Source: Takakia lepidozioides
Taxonomy: Eukaryota; Plantae; Bryophyta
Length of the DNA stretch: 64,000 nt
Direction: 5' to 3'
Assembly: GCA_030704615.1 (NCBI GenBank)
Contig: CM060732.1
Span: 10,230,001 to 10,294,000, forward strand
In this document: in pieces, positions 1 through 12,971 of the stretch
Numbering within the stretch: the stretch's first letter is position 1
Layout of the letters: the number at the start of each line of letters is the position of its first letter
Made by a program: the position numbers and the translations under genes
The notes under the pieces: generated by a model
Database searches by the model: none
Told to the model about the DNA's origin: nothing
Seen by the model: only the letters and a program-made list of their open reading frames with translations

Positions 1-1212
1 GGAGACGTAGTCAGGTGACCAATACATCCTCCACTCCTCAATCTCTGCCTCGCCTGAACTTGTGGTAATCGTCCATAGGCGGCCCCTCAAGGTGCTGAAA
101 TAGCCCCTTCCATGCCATGAATGGCGTGAACAGCTGTGGATTGCGCATCTGCTGCAAATCACACCAGCTGTCGAACTCCTGGATAAAATCATCCAGCTCG
201 ATTGTGCCCACAGCTCCAGAGTACCTACGAGGCCCCTTGGTAGCCATGTCGTCCCACAACAATGGTGAAAGAAACTACACACATATTGATGAAGCCTCCG
301 AGTCTGTGTCAGACTCTACACCAGTTGAAGGTGGGGGTGAAGGTGGTCTGAACCAAACCCCTCGCCTCATGAACCCACTGACAATACTGGTGCTAGTGTT
401 GGCCTGTCCTTCTAAACCCTCTGGCAACTCCGTGATGCCCGTTGTTATCCAAACCTGTCCACGTGACACTATAAGGCTCTATAGCTAGTTCTAACAGTGA
501 CACGGGCGGGCACCTGTTGCGGCTTAAAAGGTCATGTCCCAATGGCTAAGGGCACCTGCACCTGCATCCACCGCAAGAACTTCTATGGTTGGCTGGTCAT
601 CAACCCAACCTCACCATAGAAGAAACACTGGTGGTCTTGCTGGTCATCACTCCAGCCTCACCACCGACAACATACTCTAGGATTGACCGGTGATCAAATC
701 CGGCCTAATCCCTATGAAAGCAAGCGCCCACACAAAACCAACATGGCGCACAATCAAGCAAGCAGGTGTGGGGGGGATCCAAACACAAGAAACCAAAACA
801 TCAACACCCCCACACCAAAATCCCTCCGTAGTGTTGCTCATGCAGAATACCCCAGCCCAAAAACCCCGGACTGACTGGCCTCCACCAAGAGAGGCTTTGG
901 CAACTACAACTACAAAGTAATGAAAATAATAAAGAGAGGGAGGGGAAGAATAGAGGCCCGAACAAGCAAGATTTAATCCTGATCTATGCTATCAATTGCC
1001 AGACTTATCTCAAAGTGCCTCGCTCTGCATGATGGTAAGGTGTGGGAGGTATATCTATGTCCAGAAACCTGCCACTAACCTTATCCCAAGCTATAGTAGC
1101 TCGCTCTAACCAACCCTCCTCCTCTCTCTGCCAGGTAGAGACAAAACAATACTCCCCTATCTCCTGCTCACTGAATATTAAAGAAAATAAAGATAGGGTC
1201 TGACGGTCTCTC
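1..1212 (-). mobile_element. 5' part of an LTR retrotransposon: putative LTR (~891-1212), PBS-like site (~876-890) and degenerate gag (38-469)
   Basis: ORF 38-262 (RYSG..ELDDFIQEFDSWC..HLEGP) resembles a Ty3/gypsy capsid. The plus strand GGCCTCCACCA at ~879-889 looks like a tRNA 3' end (PBS on the minus strand). The putative LTR reads TGAGAG...CTCTCT. Confidence 0.55.
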
Positions 1213-1319
1213 AACTCGAAAGCTTTGAGATGGTTGCGGGTGTCCTCGTTGCGAATGACTGCATCTCCTTCAAGTAGAACAAACTGTTCGTTGTTAATGA
1301 ACCCCCGCTCGTGGTTGCC

Positions 1320-1733
1320 TCATGCAGAGCGTGTCCGGCTGCAACCACGTCGGATTGCAAAAACTTGTGCAGCTCCTGCTCCTCTGCTCCAGTACACCAC
1401 GGCCTTGTGGCTGAACACCTTGGTCCCCGGGGCTGTCTTTGGCTGTGTTCCAAGCCTAGCTTCCACCCACTTTGGTATTTCATCTAAAGCTGCAGAATTG
1501 CTTGCTCCAACAGAGTTCTGACTGTCCAAAGCAATATTGAGGCCCTCAACGCCAACTACAATAATTTTCTGTCTATTGCTAATGCCTGACTCCCAGTATG
1601 CATTCAACTCGTCCAATTGCTCTCCACTCAAATCAGTCTGAGTTCCTTGAGCAACATAAATCTTGTCTCCTTGTGTGCACAGGCTAAGGGAAGAGACCTG
1701 CCCTTCAATTACGTCCTCATTGCCCCCAGCCAT
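1320..1733 (-). pseudogene. unidentified degenerate coding remnant next to the LTR
   Basis: 137-aa open frame with protein-like composition; no family recognised. Confidence 0.25.
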
Positions 1734-3324
1734 ACAAGGAGGACATCCACAGACTTGTCTCTCATGTAGACCAAAACAGGTTCTAGAAACAGAGTTGTGG
1801 ATCTTTCATAGGATCCACACATTCATACTCAAAAAATTCCATAGATTTTTAGCAGAGTCCAAAAAACTAAAACCTCAGTATGTAGATTTCCACAATCTGC
1901 AGGTCCTCGCGCAAATTTGAGGTCAAACAGCCTTTGTATGACCAAGTTATGGCAAAAACAGGCTCTGTATAATTTAAATTGGATCAAAACAAAGCTCCAA
2001 ATATATTTCAATAAATACAAGTATTTTTGGCGTACCCTACATGTTTCATGCAAATACCCGTAATTCCGAGGACGGATTTCTACATGTGCACGAGCTTTAA
2101 AACTGGGAGTCGGGGATTTGCTACTGGTCGGTGCATGAAAGAAAATTTCGTAGTCTGGTGCCAAGCGCCATGAATACCACTCCAAACAGCGATGGCCTAA
2201 TGTCCAAGATCTTGTATGTGTAGAAGAACCGAATAGGGAAGCATTGGCGAGTGTGAGTGCCAGCCGCTTGTTCATGAGCCCTGCTGAGGATATCAATTGT
2301 GCCTCTCCAGCAAGAGATGAGCCGGCCTACTACCATTCAGGCACTTTTATTTTTGAAGATGTAAACCTCGGCAGCAAATCTGCCCCTAATTTGAGCAGCT
2401 TCAATGCCATGGCTACGTCAGATCTGAATCAGACCCGTGCCCTCTCTGATCAGCACTTCTCCTGGCATATGTGTATTTGTGACAAACCAGCCTCACACTC
2501 CAATCACGTCGACAGTATCCTCATGTGACGTGGGCTGGTCCTCCACCAATTCAATCCCTTCAACTTCATGTTCAACCTTGGCAGTGAACATTCAATCAAA
2601 ACGACAAATTGCCAACAGGCTCGTCTATTTCTCTTTTCATCGCAAGGTCAACATGACGCCCCTTTGAACTTAAGCCACACTTCTCTCTTCACACGTGATT
2701 GGATTCAAGCATCAGTCCCACCTCGAATAACACCCAAGTCGATCTCTGATCATGAGTGTTTACAGGCTGAATTCATATCCACTGTCCATAAGAAAACACG
2801 TTAGACTCCACCGATCGCTGCCCTTCCATTCACAACCTTGCTGGGCATACCCTGTGTTCATCACATTCCATGAGACCTGATTTCAGCCATGTAATCAGTT
2901 GCTCCAGCCCTATTGTTTTGATGCCTTCTCCCATGTGGTCATCATGCTTAAAAATCACATTTCAGCCAGCCAGTTAATTGAACACGTTCTCCCACATTCA
3001 AGTTGTTGATGGTTAAAACCTGATGTCACAGTTGGGCTTAAACTTAGGCTGAAACAGACCCAGCAAATGCACTGCTTCATGGCAGGCCTAACCGCCAGCT
3101 TATTGCATCTGCCCAAACATCTAAAAACAAAAATCCAGCACCTCCTTCCTTGCCACAGGCTTGGTGTTCAACCAGCCCATCAGCTCATGCCGAAATGCTT
3201 CCGGCCTTAGGCCCAACTCCATTGAAGAACCATGGATGGTGTACCTGGTAGCTCATCCCACCCATTTCCTTGCACCCACGCAAATCACCAGCCAAAGGTG
3301 ACCGACCATTTTCAGGCTCTTATG

Positions 3325-3500
3325 CAGGCAAACCTGACATCCTCACTTCAGCATATTGCGGCCACTTACAAGCTGGGCCCAATTGATAGATCGTTTGTTG
3401 TGATGCCTTTGCTCCATGTGCATGGTCTAATGGCTGGACTATTTTCATCACTCTGCTGGGGGACAACCAGTCTTCCATCGCTGGACGATTCTCAGCTTCA
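3325..3500 (+). pseudogene. fragment of oxalate--CoA ligase-like acyl-activating enzyme (AAE3-like)
   Basis: ANLTSSLQHIAATYKLGPIDRSFVVMPLLHVHGLMAGLFSSL matches the AAE3/PCS60 LPLFHVHGL region; the rest of the gene is absent. Confidence 0.75.
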
Positions 3501-3869
3501 ATGTCCGATTAACCCAAAATAAACACTACAACGGCAGCCGCTTCAAAGTAACCAGTGCTTAACTAAAAACTCACATCTCGCACTAATGATGCAAGGTGAT
3601 CTCTCTCGAGTGATAATAAAAACTAGACACCATCACTCATACATTACGAGTCAAGCCAAGCACACCCCAAAAGCTATGGGGAATTTGCACTACACGCGCC
3701 ATAGCCGACGTGGGAGGCTCAACTCGAGAGAGATGAGCCTCGTCGTGAAGATAAGCCACGCCCAGGGGCCAACAAATATCTTGACCCCTGGGTGGATACT
3801 TGGATCAAGCCCAAGTGTCATATATAAAAACTAGTTATTTATTGGCTAGTTTCACACTACTAGTAAACT

Positions 3870-4222
3870 TTACTTGACAACTAGCAGTACGCAGATAGAG
3901 GCACCTGCAGCCCCAGCAATGGCGCTGATCATGATAATCCTTTTGGACGATTTTGATGAGCTACGAGCTTGTTGAGAAGATGTTGGGCTTGGACCGGGCC
4001 CCGCTTGGGGACTTGGATCCGGACTTGATATTAGAATTGGAGAAGGCGCAGGGGCCACCAGTGGAGAGCCTTTCTTGACCTTGATGAAAAGCAGATCGTC
4101 TGTGGCATTAGAAGATGCCTGCTGAATGGTTCGAAGGTCATTTGGCATACTGAAACACAGCTGACCATAGAATTAGACGTTGGTGTAAAACGCCGCAGCG
4201 CAGGAGCAGTTCTATAGGCACC
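3870..4222 (-). pseudogene. fragment of an S-domain (G-type lectin) receptor-like kinase: PAN/apple domain end, Pro/Ser linker, TM helix
   Basis: Minus strand reads CL*NCSCAAAFYTNV*FYGQLCF...DLLFIKV...SKRIIMISAIAGAAGASICVLLVV; two in-frame stops and no kinase domain. Confidence 0.7.
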
Positions 4223-5626
4223 TGGGCCCCTTATTCATCATTACCTCTACTTCTATTAATTTATTATGTCATGGTTTGCATTTTTTTGGGGCCGTACGTG
4301 TGCAAAACCCCCTAGGTACTAGTAAGTAGTACGTAGTAAAAATAGATAGTAAGATGCAGGGGAAGAGAGCCCGGCTCTCTAGGGGGGCGGTGGGACCCTT
4401 CTAGAAGGCTGCCGACCCTTCAAGAGGTGGGATCGACCTTCTAGAAGGCTGCCCTGTCACACGTCACTCCTAGAAACCACCACGCTTGCTTACCCCAATC
4501 TAACCATGAACCATCCCCTATTTAATAAAGTTATCCGTTAAGTGACCAGCCCTTCCGCCCCCTAATACATCCCCACTATACGTCTCCCCGGCACTTTGCG
4601 CATATCTAGGAAGTCATGCAGACAGAGTATCAAAACCAAAACTAGGGACGGCAGCTGGGCCACGCAGAGGGGGCACACGTGTTCTCCTTAAAGTCAGCGT
4701 GTATTCTCCTTGAATCAGCGTGGGGCCCACCCCACCCTCATGCCCGCTTGTTCCACGTCGCGCCACGTACCCCTAGAGGAAAGCCAAAAACCAAACTCAG
4801 GATGAAACTCGTTTTGCTCTCTTTTTTGTTATCTTTTTTTGGCTTGTATTTTAATCCCCTGCTCTTTTGACATTTATTGCATTTCACCCTCTCTTTTTGG
4901 CCAAACTGGCCTAACTCACCCTCCATCCCCCGTATTTAACGGATAACTTTAATAGATCTTACCTTCCTGCCCCCCCTTACATGACAATTATTAATTGAAC
5001 TCCCGCTTCATAATTCCTGGACCACTCTCTAATCCCCACACCCCCTTTAAAACCCAGGCCCCTTATTAACATGAGCTTTACGAAAAAGCTCCAAAAATAA
5101 CCCCGACTGGAGTTTACGCTTCTTCATTCCACACGTCAACCTCTGAGAGGATGGTACGCCAGTTCCCACCCTCTCTTTGAGAATGCATTAAGTTCTTACA
5201 TTATTCCTATTATCTTCCTCATAAAATTCAATGGGTGATTTCAGGCGCTCTCATATGGTCCAGTGACCTCATCCCACGTGCCTTCTCTTCGGATCAACAG
5301 GTGGATGCATGCGTCTATCGCCACCCTGATGGATATAACAGCGCTCAGGATGGCGGCATTACGAATGATAGTAGCTACAAAACGATGAATGTCCTTCATT
5401 ATTGACCTGCACGTGCAATGCGCTCTAGATTCCACGAGTGTATCATATAGTTGGCGAAACAAACACTATTATTGGCGAAACCGATGAGGAGGATGGCTGT
5501 GCGCACGCCTTGCACCCTTTGATCTCTGGTGATCCTTCGCGGATGCCGTGCCCACGGAGAAGCTGTATTCTGTGTAACGATCGCTACGTTTGATGGCCGT
5601 GCGAGAAGCTCACTGGCATCAACAAA

Positions 5627-8600
5627 ATGCCTCGTAATCGGCTGCTCTGGGTTGTGGCAAGGGCGTGCTTGCAGAAAACCTCATCTTCCCCCCACCGATC
5701 GCTGACACCGCAGGGCCGCCCTCACCACAACTTGCTAGGAGAGGGGTTTATACGCAGCTATAGCTCACAAAGCGCGGGGGCATCACCATCATCGTCGCAG
5801 CAGTCGTACCAGGGATGGCTGTCCAGGGCTTTGCAGAAAATTAGCGGAAGATCCTCTGTTGTTGCAGTTGTTGCCACCGGATTTATCGGAGCTGGCCTGT
5901 ATGTCGTGCTTGCGGATGCCGGTACAGATGGAAATTCCAAGGAGGTGGAGGCGCCCGAAAGTACGGCAGATCCGCCAAAGAAGAGAGTGGTGGTCCTTGG
6001 AAGTGGATGGGGAGGAATGAGTTTCGTCAAGAATCTAGACTGTACAGAGCTGGATGTACGTGTTGTATCACCCCGGAACTACTTCGTCTTCACTCCATTA
6101 CTACCTAGTGTGACCTCGGGCATCGTGGGGGCGGCCAGCATCACTGAGCCATTCCGCAAGATCATCGGTAAGAAGCACAATGTGCAGTTCTACGAGACAG
6201 AATGCGTTAAAATTGACGTGGAAAACAAGCAGGTTATCTGCGAGGATGTCTCGGAGGTCAAACCGAAGGGGAAAGAGAAGTTTTCTCTCGAGTATGATTA
6301 CTTGGTTATCGCTGTCGGGGCCCTGCCGAACACATTTGGCACTCCAGGTGTGGAGAAGCATTGCCATTTTCTCAAGGACATCGAAGATGCCCAAAAAATT
6401 CACCAGAATGTCGTGGACTGCTTCGAGAGTGCAAGCCTTCCCCATTTATCGGATGACGACAGGTTACCCCTTGCTTGAGCTGATTGCTCCATGCGTATTT
6501 CAGTTTGTTGTATCTGTGCCAGAAACTTGCAGACTTGATGCCTTCAGGCGAACCTGGTTTGGGGGACACAGTTAGATTGATTGCCTATATATGTTGGGAA
6601 GGCTTTTAGTATTGTGGAATATATGAATGCGCTTTATCAGCTAATTTGCTGATTTAGTTCACTTGTGACAGGTTGGTTTGGTTTGTGACAAAGATGTGAT
6701 GGATAGTTGCCGAGGGCCTTTAGTCCTTTTGAAGCAACTAGGGTCTCTCTCTTTCTTTCTGCAGTGCGACTAGCATTGCAGTCAGGACCAGATTAATAGA
6801 AGGCAGATGACATGTTTTCAAGTACGATCTGCTTTTAGTATTGTGGAACATATGAATGCGCTTTATCAGCTAATTTGCTGATTTAGTTCACTTGTGACAG
6901 GTTGGTTTAGTTTGTGACAAAGATGTGGTGGATTGTTGCTGAGGGCCTTTAGTCTTTTTGAAGCAACTAGGGTATCTCTCTTTCTCTCTGCAGTGCGACT
7001 AGCATTGCAGTCAGGACCAGATTAAAAGAAGGCAGATGACATGTTTTCAAGTATGATCTGATTGCCAGCTTTCACATAACCCCATACCCTGTAATTGGGC
7101 GGCGGAGGTCCTTTTCAATGCCCTGGAAATGTTTTCTTAGTTTGATATGTTGGTGGGGCAGAGAATATGAAGGCCGGCTCTTCAAGGGTTAGTAATACTA
7201 TGACCTGCCTTCAAATGGACTCCATGTTTCTCTCCACAATCCACCTCTATAATCAGGTCACTGATGTATTTGTTGAATTGCGTAATGAAAGGTGCAAGTT
7301 GCTGAGCTTCGTGATAGTAGGTGGAGGCCCCACGGGCGTTGAGTTCTCGGCAGAACTGCATGACCTGATCCATGAAGATCTCTTGAAGCTATACCCGCAT
7401 CTGGATGGTAAAGTCAGCATCATGCTCGTGCAATCAGGTGACCACATCCTCAACACTTTTGATGGACGTATCAGTGAGTACGCAGAGCAAAAGTTTGCAA
7501 GAGATGGGGTAAGTGTGAAGACAGGATGCCGGGTGCTTGAAGTTACAGAGGATGAGATCTGCTTCAAGTCTAAATTGACGAAGGAGTTCAAGAAAGTGCA
7601 ATATGGAATGGTTGTGTGGTCTACAGGTAATGTGCTCAATCAGTGCTTTTCAACAGTTTTCACCTTCAGTCCACTAAGTTGGTCAGTCCAGATCTGAAGT
7701 CAACCCAAACCACAGTGGAATGGATGCATACATGTTGGGGTAATGGATATGACACATCCTTGTCATCACTGCCAGGGTTGATTCTGATGCTCTTGCGATG
7801 GTCAGTACTTAGCCATCAAATGGTTTAACAACTCAGTCCTGGCTAGTGAGTGAGCAAAGGTGTGGACTGGTCACAGTTACTGTAGTTATAATTGCAGTTG
7901 GTAGTGAAAACAATCTTCAAGTTAATGTGTTGTTTAAATATCTGTGGCTGTCAAAGGTTTTGTTCTTGCCATGTGAAACATTTATTCACCTAAAGCTGTA
8001 ACTCCAGTTGACATAGCATGGGATTGGAGGCTCCATAAATACATAGGCAGGCTTATGAGAAAGAAGCACCCAAGTCAGAAAAAGGAAGACTCTTGCAAAG
8101 CAAGCGTAATTTATGGTGTCCCTTCACCCCGAAGGGCTACCTTCTAATGGCTGTTACGGGGGCAACACGGTTACCCAACCTTCCCCCAGGACTCTTAAGT
8201 CCCCAGGTACCCACCAATAAGTAGCCGGTTGACCCGGGTATCCCCCTTTTATGACTGGGTTGGCCATAATGGGTGACATCCAACATACACCTATGTGGCT
8301 TTGAACCCACGACCAAGGCGGCCTTGGGCCCTAACCACTGGCCATCTGCTGGATGCTGCACCCAAGTCACTCTTTAAATCACAGTCATATCAGATATTGT
8401 TATTGCATCAACTGGAGCGAGGTGCAGGAATTAATCATATCATCTGTGCTGTGCCAAATACTGAGTTTCTCAACTTCCCTGGAGAAATGTTGGGGAAGCC
8501 TTGTCTGTTCAAGTATTGATGATAAAAGTACTGTTGACAGGCATTGGGACACGCCCAGTGGTGGCAGACTTGATGAAACAAATAGGGCAGGTGGATCGTA

Positions 8601-9574
8601 GGGTTCTGGCAACGGATGAGTGGCTGCGTGTTAAGAACTGTGATTGTGTTTACGCACTCGGAGACTGTGCCACGATTGAGCACCGGAAAATCATTGAAGA
8701 CATCAACTACATTTTCAAGCTAGCCGACAAGGACAGCTCTGGCACTCTGACTGCAGAGGAGTTTGTAGCAACTATTGAACTTCTGAGGCAGAGGTATCCT
8801 CAGATTGATTTATACATGGACCGCCAGCACTTGAAAGGTGTAATTGATCTTCTTGATGATGCCATGAAAGCTGGGCGTCAAGGGTCGGTGCAGCTGGACA
8901 TTGAACATTTCAATCAATCGCTTTGCAAGGTCCAAGGTCAACCTGCAGTCATATTTTTTATGAATTTTTGTTATCTTTTTCTCTGATGTGCTGTACTTCC
9001 TCCAGGGTTTGGTCCTCTTCCCTTCCTGCTCTGAGCACAAACAGATTTGGATTCAATGCTTACTTGCGTGACACTCTTTTGTGCCGTCATGGACATAATA
9101 TTTTTTCTTCTTCCTCTTGTTGACTGAGTTGTGGCTGCCCCCGCAGCATATATATGTTTCTCATTCATGCTATTTTCCAAACAAACAACTGATGTTATTG
9201 CTTTGATATGGCAGGTGGACAGCCAGATGAAGTCATCACCAGCTACTGCCCAGGTGGCGGCTCAGCAAGGTGAATACTTAGCTAAGTGCTTCAATAACCT
9301 AAAATGTCAGCCTAAGGGACCGCCACGTGTCAGAGGAGAAGGGCGTCACCAATTTCCACCTTTCAAATATCGGCATTTCGGCCAGTTTGCTCCATTAGGA
9401 GGGGAGAAGGCTGCTGCTGAGCTTCCTGGAGACTGGGTCTCAATTGGTCGCAGCACACAGTGGCTGTGGTACTCGGTGTATGCCAGCAAGCAGGTGAGCT
9501 GGCGCACACGGGTGATGGTGATGTTTGACTGGACCAAGCATTCTATTTTTGGGCGGGATTCGTCGCGGATTTGA
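5627..9574 (+). CDS. NDB1: mitochondrial external alternative NAD(P)H:ubiquinone oxidoreductase, NDB1-type with EF-hand; exons 5627-6462, 7292-7626, 8541-8929, 9215-9574
   Basis: Transit-peptide-like N-terminus; VVVLGSGWGG and IVGGGPTGVEF dinucleotide-binding motifs; LVQSGDHIL; EF-hand DKDSSGTLTAEE; PATAQVAAQQG; C-terminal IFGRDSSRI. GT-AG junctions keep the frame. Confidence 0.95.
6602..7060. repeat. ~229-bp tandem duplication in NDB intron 1
   Basis: GCTTTTAGTATTGTGGAA...CATGTTTTCAAGTAYGATCT occurs at 6602 and again at 6831 with few differences. Confidence 0.9.
8095..8346 (-). mobile_element. tRNA-derived SINE in NDB intron 2
   Basis: Minus-strand head has A-box-like TGGCCAGTGG and B-box GGTTCAAAGCC; 3' tail shared with the element at 16735-17066. 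Confidence 0.65.
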
Positions 9575-10233
9575 GATGAGTAGAAAGGTAGTTGAGTGCT
9601 CTTCCCAAATTTTGTTCCTCTTTTAGCAAGAGGTAAATACATTTGTATGCATTTAAAGTCTAGGACGTCCAGATTCTGATAGTGGAGATTTTTATTTAGC
9701 TGGTCACTATTTGAATTCTCATTGTAGATCCTGACCCACATCAGGTCAAGAACCACTGTAGTCCATAGGCAATTCACAAATTCAGTGGCCAAGTTGACAT
9801 CTATCTCAGTCTTCTCAAGCCTGTGATCAGGTACACTAGTTTGACGGAGCACCCTGCTTGAAAGTCTGAGCTAGACGTTGCCTAGATGCTTTGTTCCTAA
9901 TCATATCAAACTAAAAATATTACATAACATCATTTTTAAATGCAGACAAGATTTCATAATCAATATTCATTTTTGTACCTCCAATTAGTACATAGATCAT
10001 TTAGGAGTGTCTCATAAAACCAAGAAGATTATATGGATAACATGATATTGGCATGGTTGTCGGATTTGTAGTCGATGTACACATATATAATTAATAATGT
10101 ATTTATATAAATAATGAACATCACGAAAAAATTTATTTCAAACGACAACATGCCACTTATAAAGCCTCTCATTTCACAATATTTGCGACCTTATGGCTGA
10201 CCGGTGGGCCCCGCGCACTAACATTGCCCAGGC

Positions 10234-10420
10234 ATTTGCCTTGGTTTTCCAGGGAGGCACATGAGAACCCAGAGTATCATGTGAAATTTTTTATTCAAAG
10301 TTGCTATTCTAACCAAGCATTGGACGATGCTTATTGGCTGATCTGGTTTCCCACAACCATGAGGGGAAGAGCATCTACTTGGTATTGGCAGCAGGCACCA
10401 GGAACATTTGTCACTTTGGA
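10234..10420 (+). mobile_element. Ty3/gypsy retrotransposon gag fragment
   Basis: LPWFSREAHENPEYHVKFF...FPTTMRGRASTWY is a Retrotrans_gag-like signature. Confidence 0.7.
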
Positions 10421-11529
10421 CGCCCGGGTCCCCCCACCTGGCCCCGCGCGGTCACCCATATACCGCCGCAGTAGCCGCGGCCTGACAGCCGCGCCTGTGA
10501 CACCTCCGCCGGCACTCTGCCCCGGCCCAGTCCGCTGCCCTCCAGTCTGACCTCCAGTCCGTGGCCATCCAGTCTGCCGACGGCGCCGGATCTGGACCGT
10601 CCATTTCAAAACCCATCCGAATTAAATATCTAAATTAAAATAAACACTTACATTCATTTACATATACATATATAACAAATTTAAGAAGAATTGGAGATTG
10701 ATAGATATGAGTGTATTTTTACAGAATAAATATATTGATTAATTTCAGTATTTTTTTCAATGATATACAATAATTTCAAGAAAATAACAACAATTCAACA
10801 ACAAAATGAATTTATAATATATAATATAATTGTATTAGCTTCTAAAGATTGAAAATATCAATAGGAGAGCAGTGTCTCCTTTTTCCACCTCCATGGTTGT
10901 TTCCTGAGGTTATTTTTTCCTCAGTTTTTATTAATAAAATATGCCCAGGGCCATTGACCCCTGTTCATAAAAAATAAAAATAAAAGGATAAAGACTTAAT
11001 ATGCTGAAATTTTATTTTTTTATTTTTTTTAAAAAACTAGTTCTTAATCTGCAACTCAATTGCTCTTAAAAAATTAATTCTTCATTTGTATAAATTGATG
11101 GATCTAAAGGGACTCGAAGGGATCTGAGATCTGAAAAAACTAAAGGTTGTTGAGAAGTTCATAATTGATCACCAAGGACACCTGCCAACCATACACATTA
11201 TCCACACATTTAGAGGCCTTCATTCATGGTCTACAAAGTGGCTTCAAAATTCTGATTAGTAAATGGATATGCCATGCATCTGCTAGTTGGGCTCTCACTG
11301 CACACATCCAGAGGCAATCTAATCCTAAACGCCTTAAATATTGACTTACACCGTCGAAGGATTTATTTGCAACCATAAAATGTACTCATAAGACATTGTT
11401 TGTGGTCCAATCATAGAAACAGCCAATGGAACCCACATTTCAGACAACCACCCAATTATCAACCACCAAGCACGCCTTATGCAGCTGCATAACCAGGCTC
11501 CAAAACAAACTATTGCTAGTGTCATCACC

Positions 11530-12003
11530 TATCCGAGCTGATCTTCAGTCATGTTGAAGTGCAAGTTTCCAACATACAACCTTCGAGCACCTCCTGAATA
11601 AATGGGCCAATATAACCACCCGCCCCCCCCCCCAGGAACCATAGTGGTGGATTGCACCAGGTTCTTCTCTGCTTCGGAAAGCTTCACCATTACAAGCTCA
11701 CCTCGGAGTAGCTGATCAACCAAGGCAATAGCCATGGGCATAGCTTCATAGAACTCAATGTAGCTGCCTCATATTCAAGCAAGCACCACTTCAGGACACT
11801 CATAATGGCCAAACACGCAAATCCCCATACATCTTCAAAGAAAATGCACCGGTTGAGTCTCTTATCTACCTTCACTGGAGAGCTATAATAGCTTTGCAAT
11901 ACAAGTAAAGAGTGCCAAACAAGTAGAGCTACAGCTGAAACAAACCTTTCCGGCTCTGGAGAAAAACTCGTAGACATCCCTTTCATCCGCCTTCAAGCAA
12001 ATC
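11530..12003 (-). pseudogene. RBM39/CC1-like splicing factor fragment (RRM1 to start of RRM2)
   Basis: ICLKADERDVYEFFSRAGK, EFYEAMPMAIAL..VMVKLSEAEKNLVQS, GGARRLYVGNLHFNMTEDQL; truncated and frameshifted. Confidence 0.85.
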
Positions 12004-12971
12004 TGCAACCACGCAAGCCACATCTGAACAGGTTAAGAAAACTCACTACATCCATTCTACAAAGGATTGATAGAATTATACTAAAGCAGAGGGGTATGGG
12101 TGAGGTAGTGCCCTTTGGACAGTAACAGTTGCATACATGGCCAAACACAAGCACATGTTAATCAAGAGCCATGTGGTGTCTTCCTAGGATTACCCATAAA
12201 TAGAGAAGTCTGTTAAGATTATAAGTTGATTCAGCGTGAGCGAATTGTTACAAGGACAGTGCACGGGCACTGTGTATCTGAATATGGATACCTACCAGCT
12301 CTGCTCTTGCAAAAACGGTTTCTTAAGTCCCTCAGGCAGTCACAGCAAGAGATGGAAGCTTATACTGCCGGAAGAACAGCTAACTTTTCTGACCAATCAA
12401 ATAAACCTGCATAATCAAATCCCCCCAACCTATATTGTTGTGTCCCTACAAGACAGTCTCCTGGTAGGCCCCCTTAAAGTTCAACTCGATGTAACCAGAA
12501 GTGCATATTATTCCCAAAGTCACATGGATCAAATCTTGCATGTCATATGGGAAGAGATGCCACTACCATCAGTTGAGGCTAGAATATTATAGTTTCTAGC
12601 CAGCCAGCAAGACAATGTAAATTGCACATTCTCCTTTTAAACAGTGTCGTACCACTATTTCAAGCTTGACAAAAATGTATATTTTGCCACAACTTCCAAG
12701 GGTTCAAATGGGCGCTTATTTTGTAAGACTTTCTATAGGGTGAAAAGAAAGTGAAAACACTATCCAGAGACCACTAGAATGAAACATCTTGTGGGATTGG
12801 ATGGCTGTTCAAAGGTAGAACCTCCAACACTTCGTTCTGAACGTTGTGAAGTTTGGCTACACAAGGATTCTTGCAATGGCAGACCTCCTGGAATCACCCT
12901 ATCTCTCGACATGGTGGTGCACACCAATAATTGTATAGAATTATCCTAGGAAGTGATTTGTTTGGCTCACC

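Noticed and set aside
4285-4325. Helitron 3' end
   Set aside because: CTAGT is present but the upstream hairpin is unconvincing and no 5' end could be defined
8290-8346. Functional tRNA gene
   Set aside because: A and B boxes are present but there is no complete cloverleaf, and it is attached to a repeat tail, so it is a SINE head
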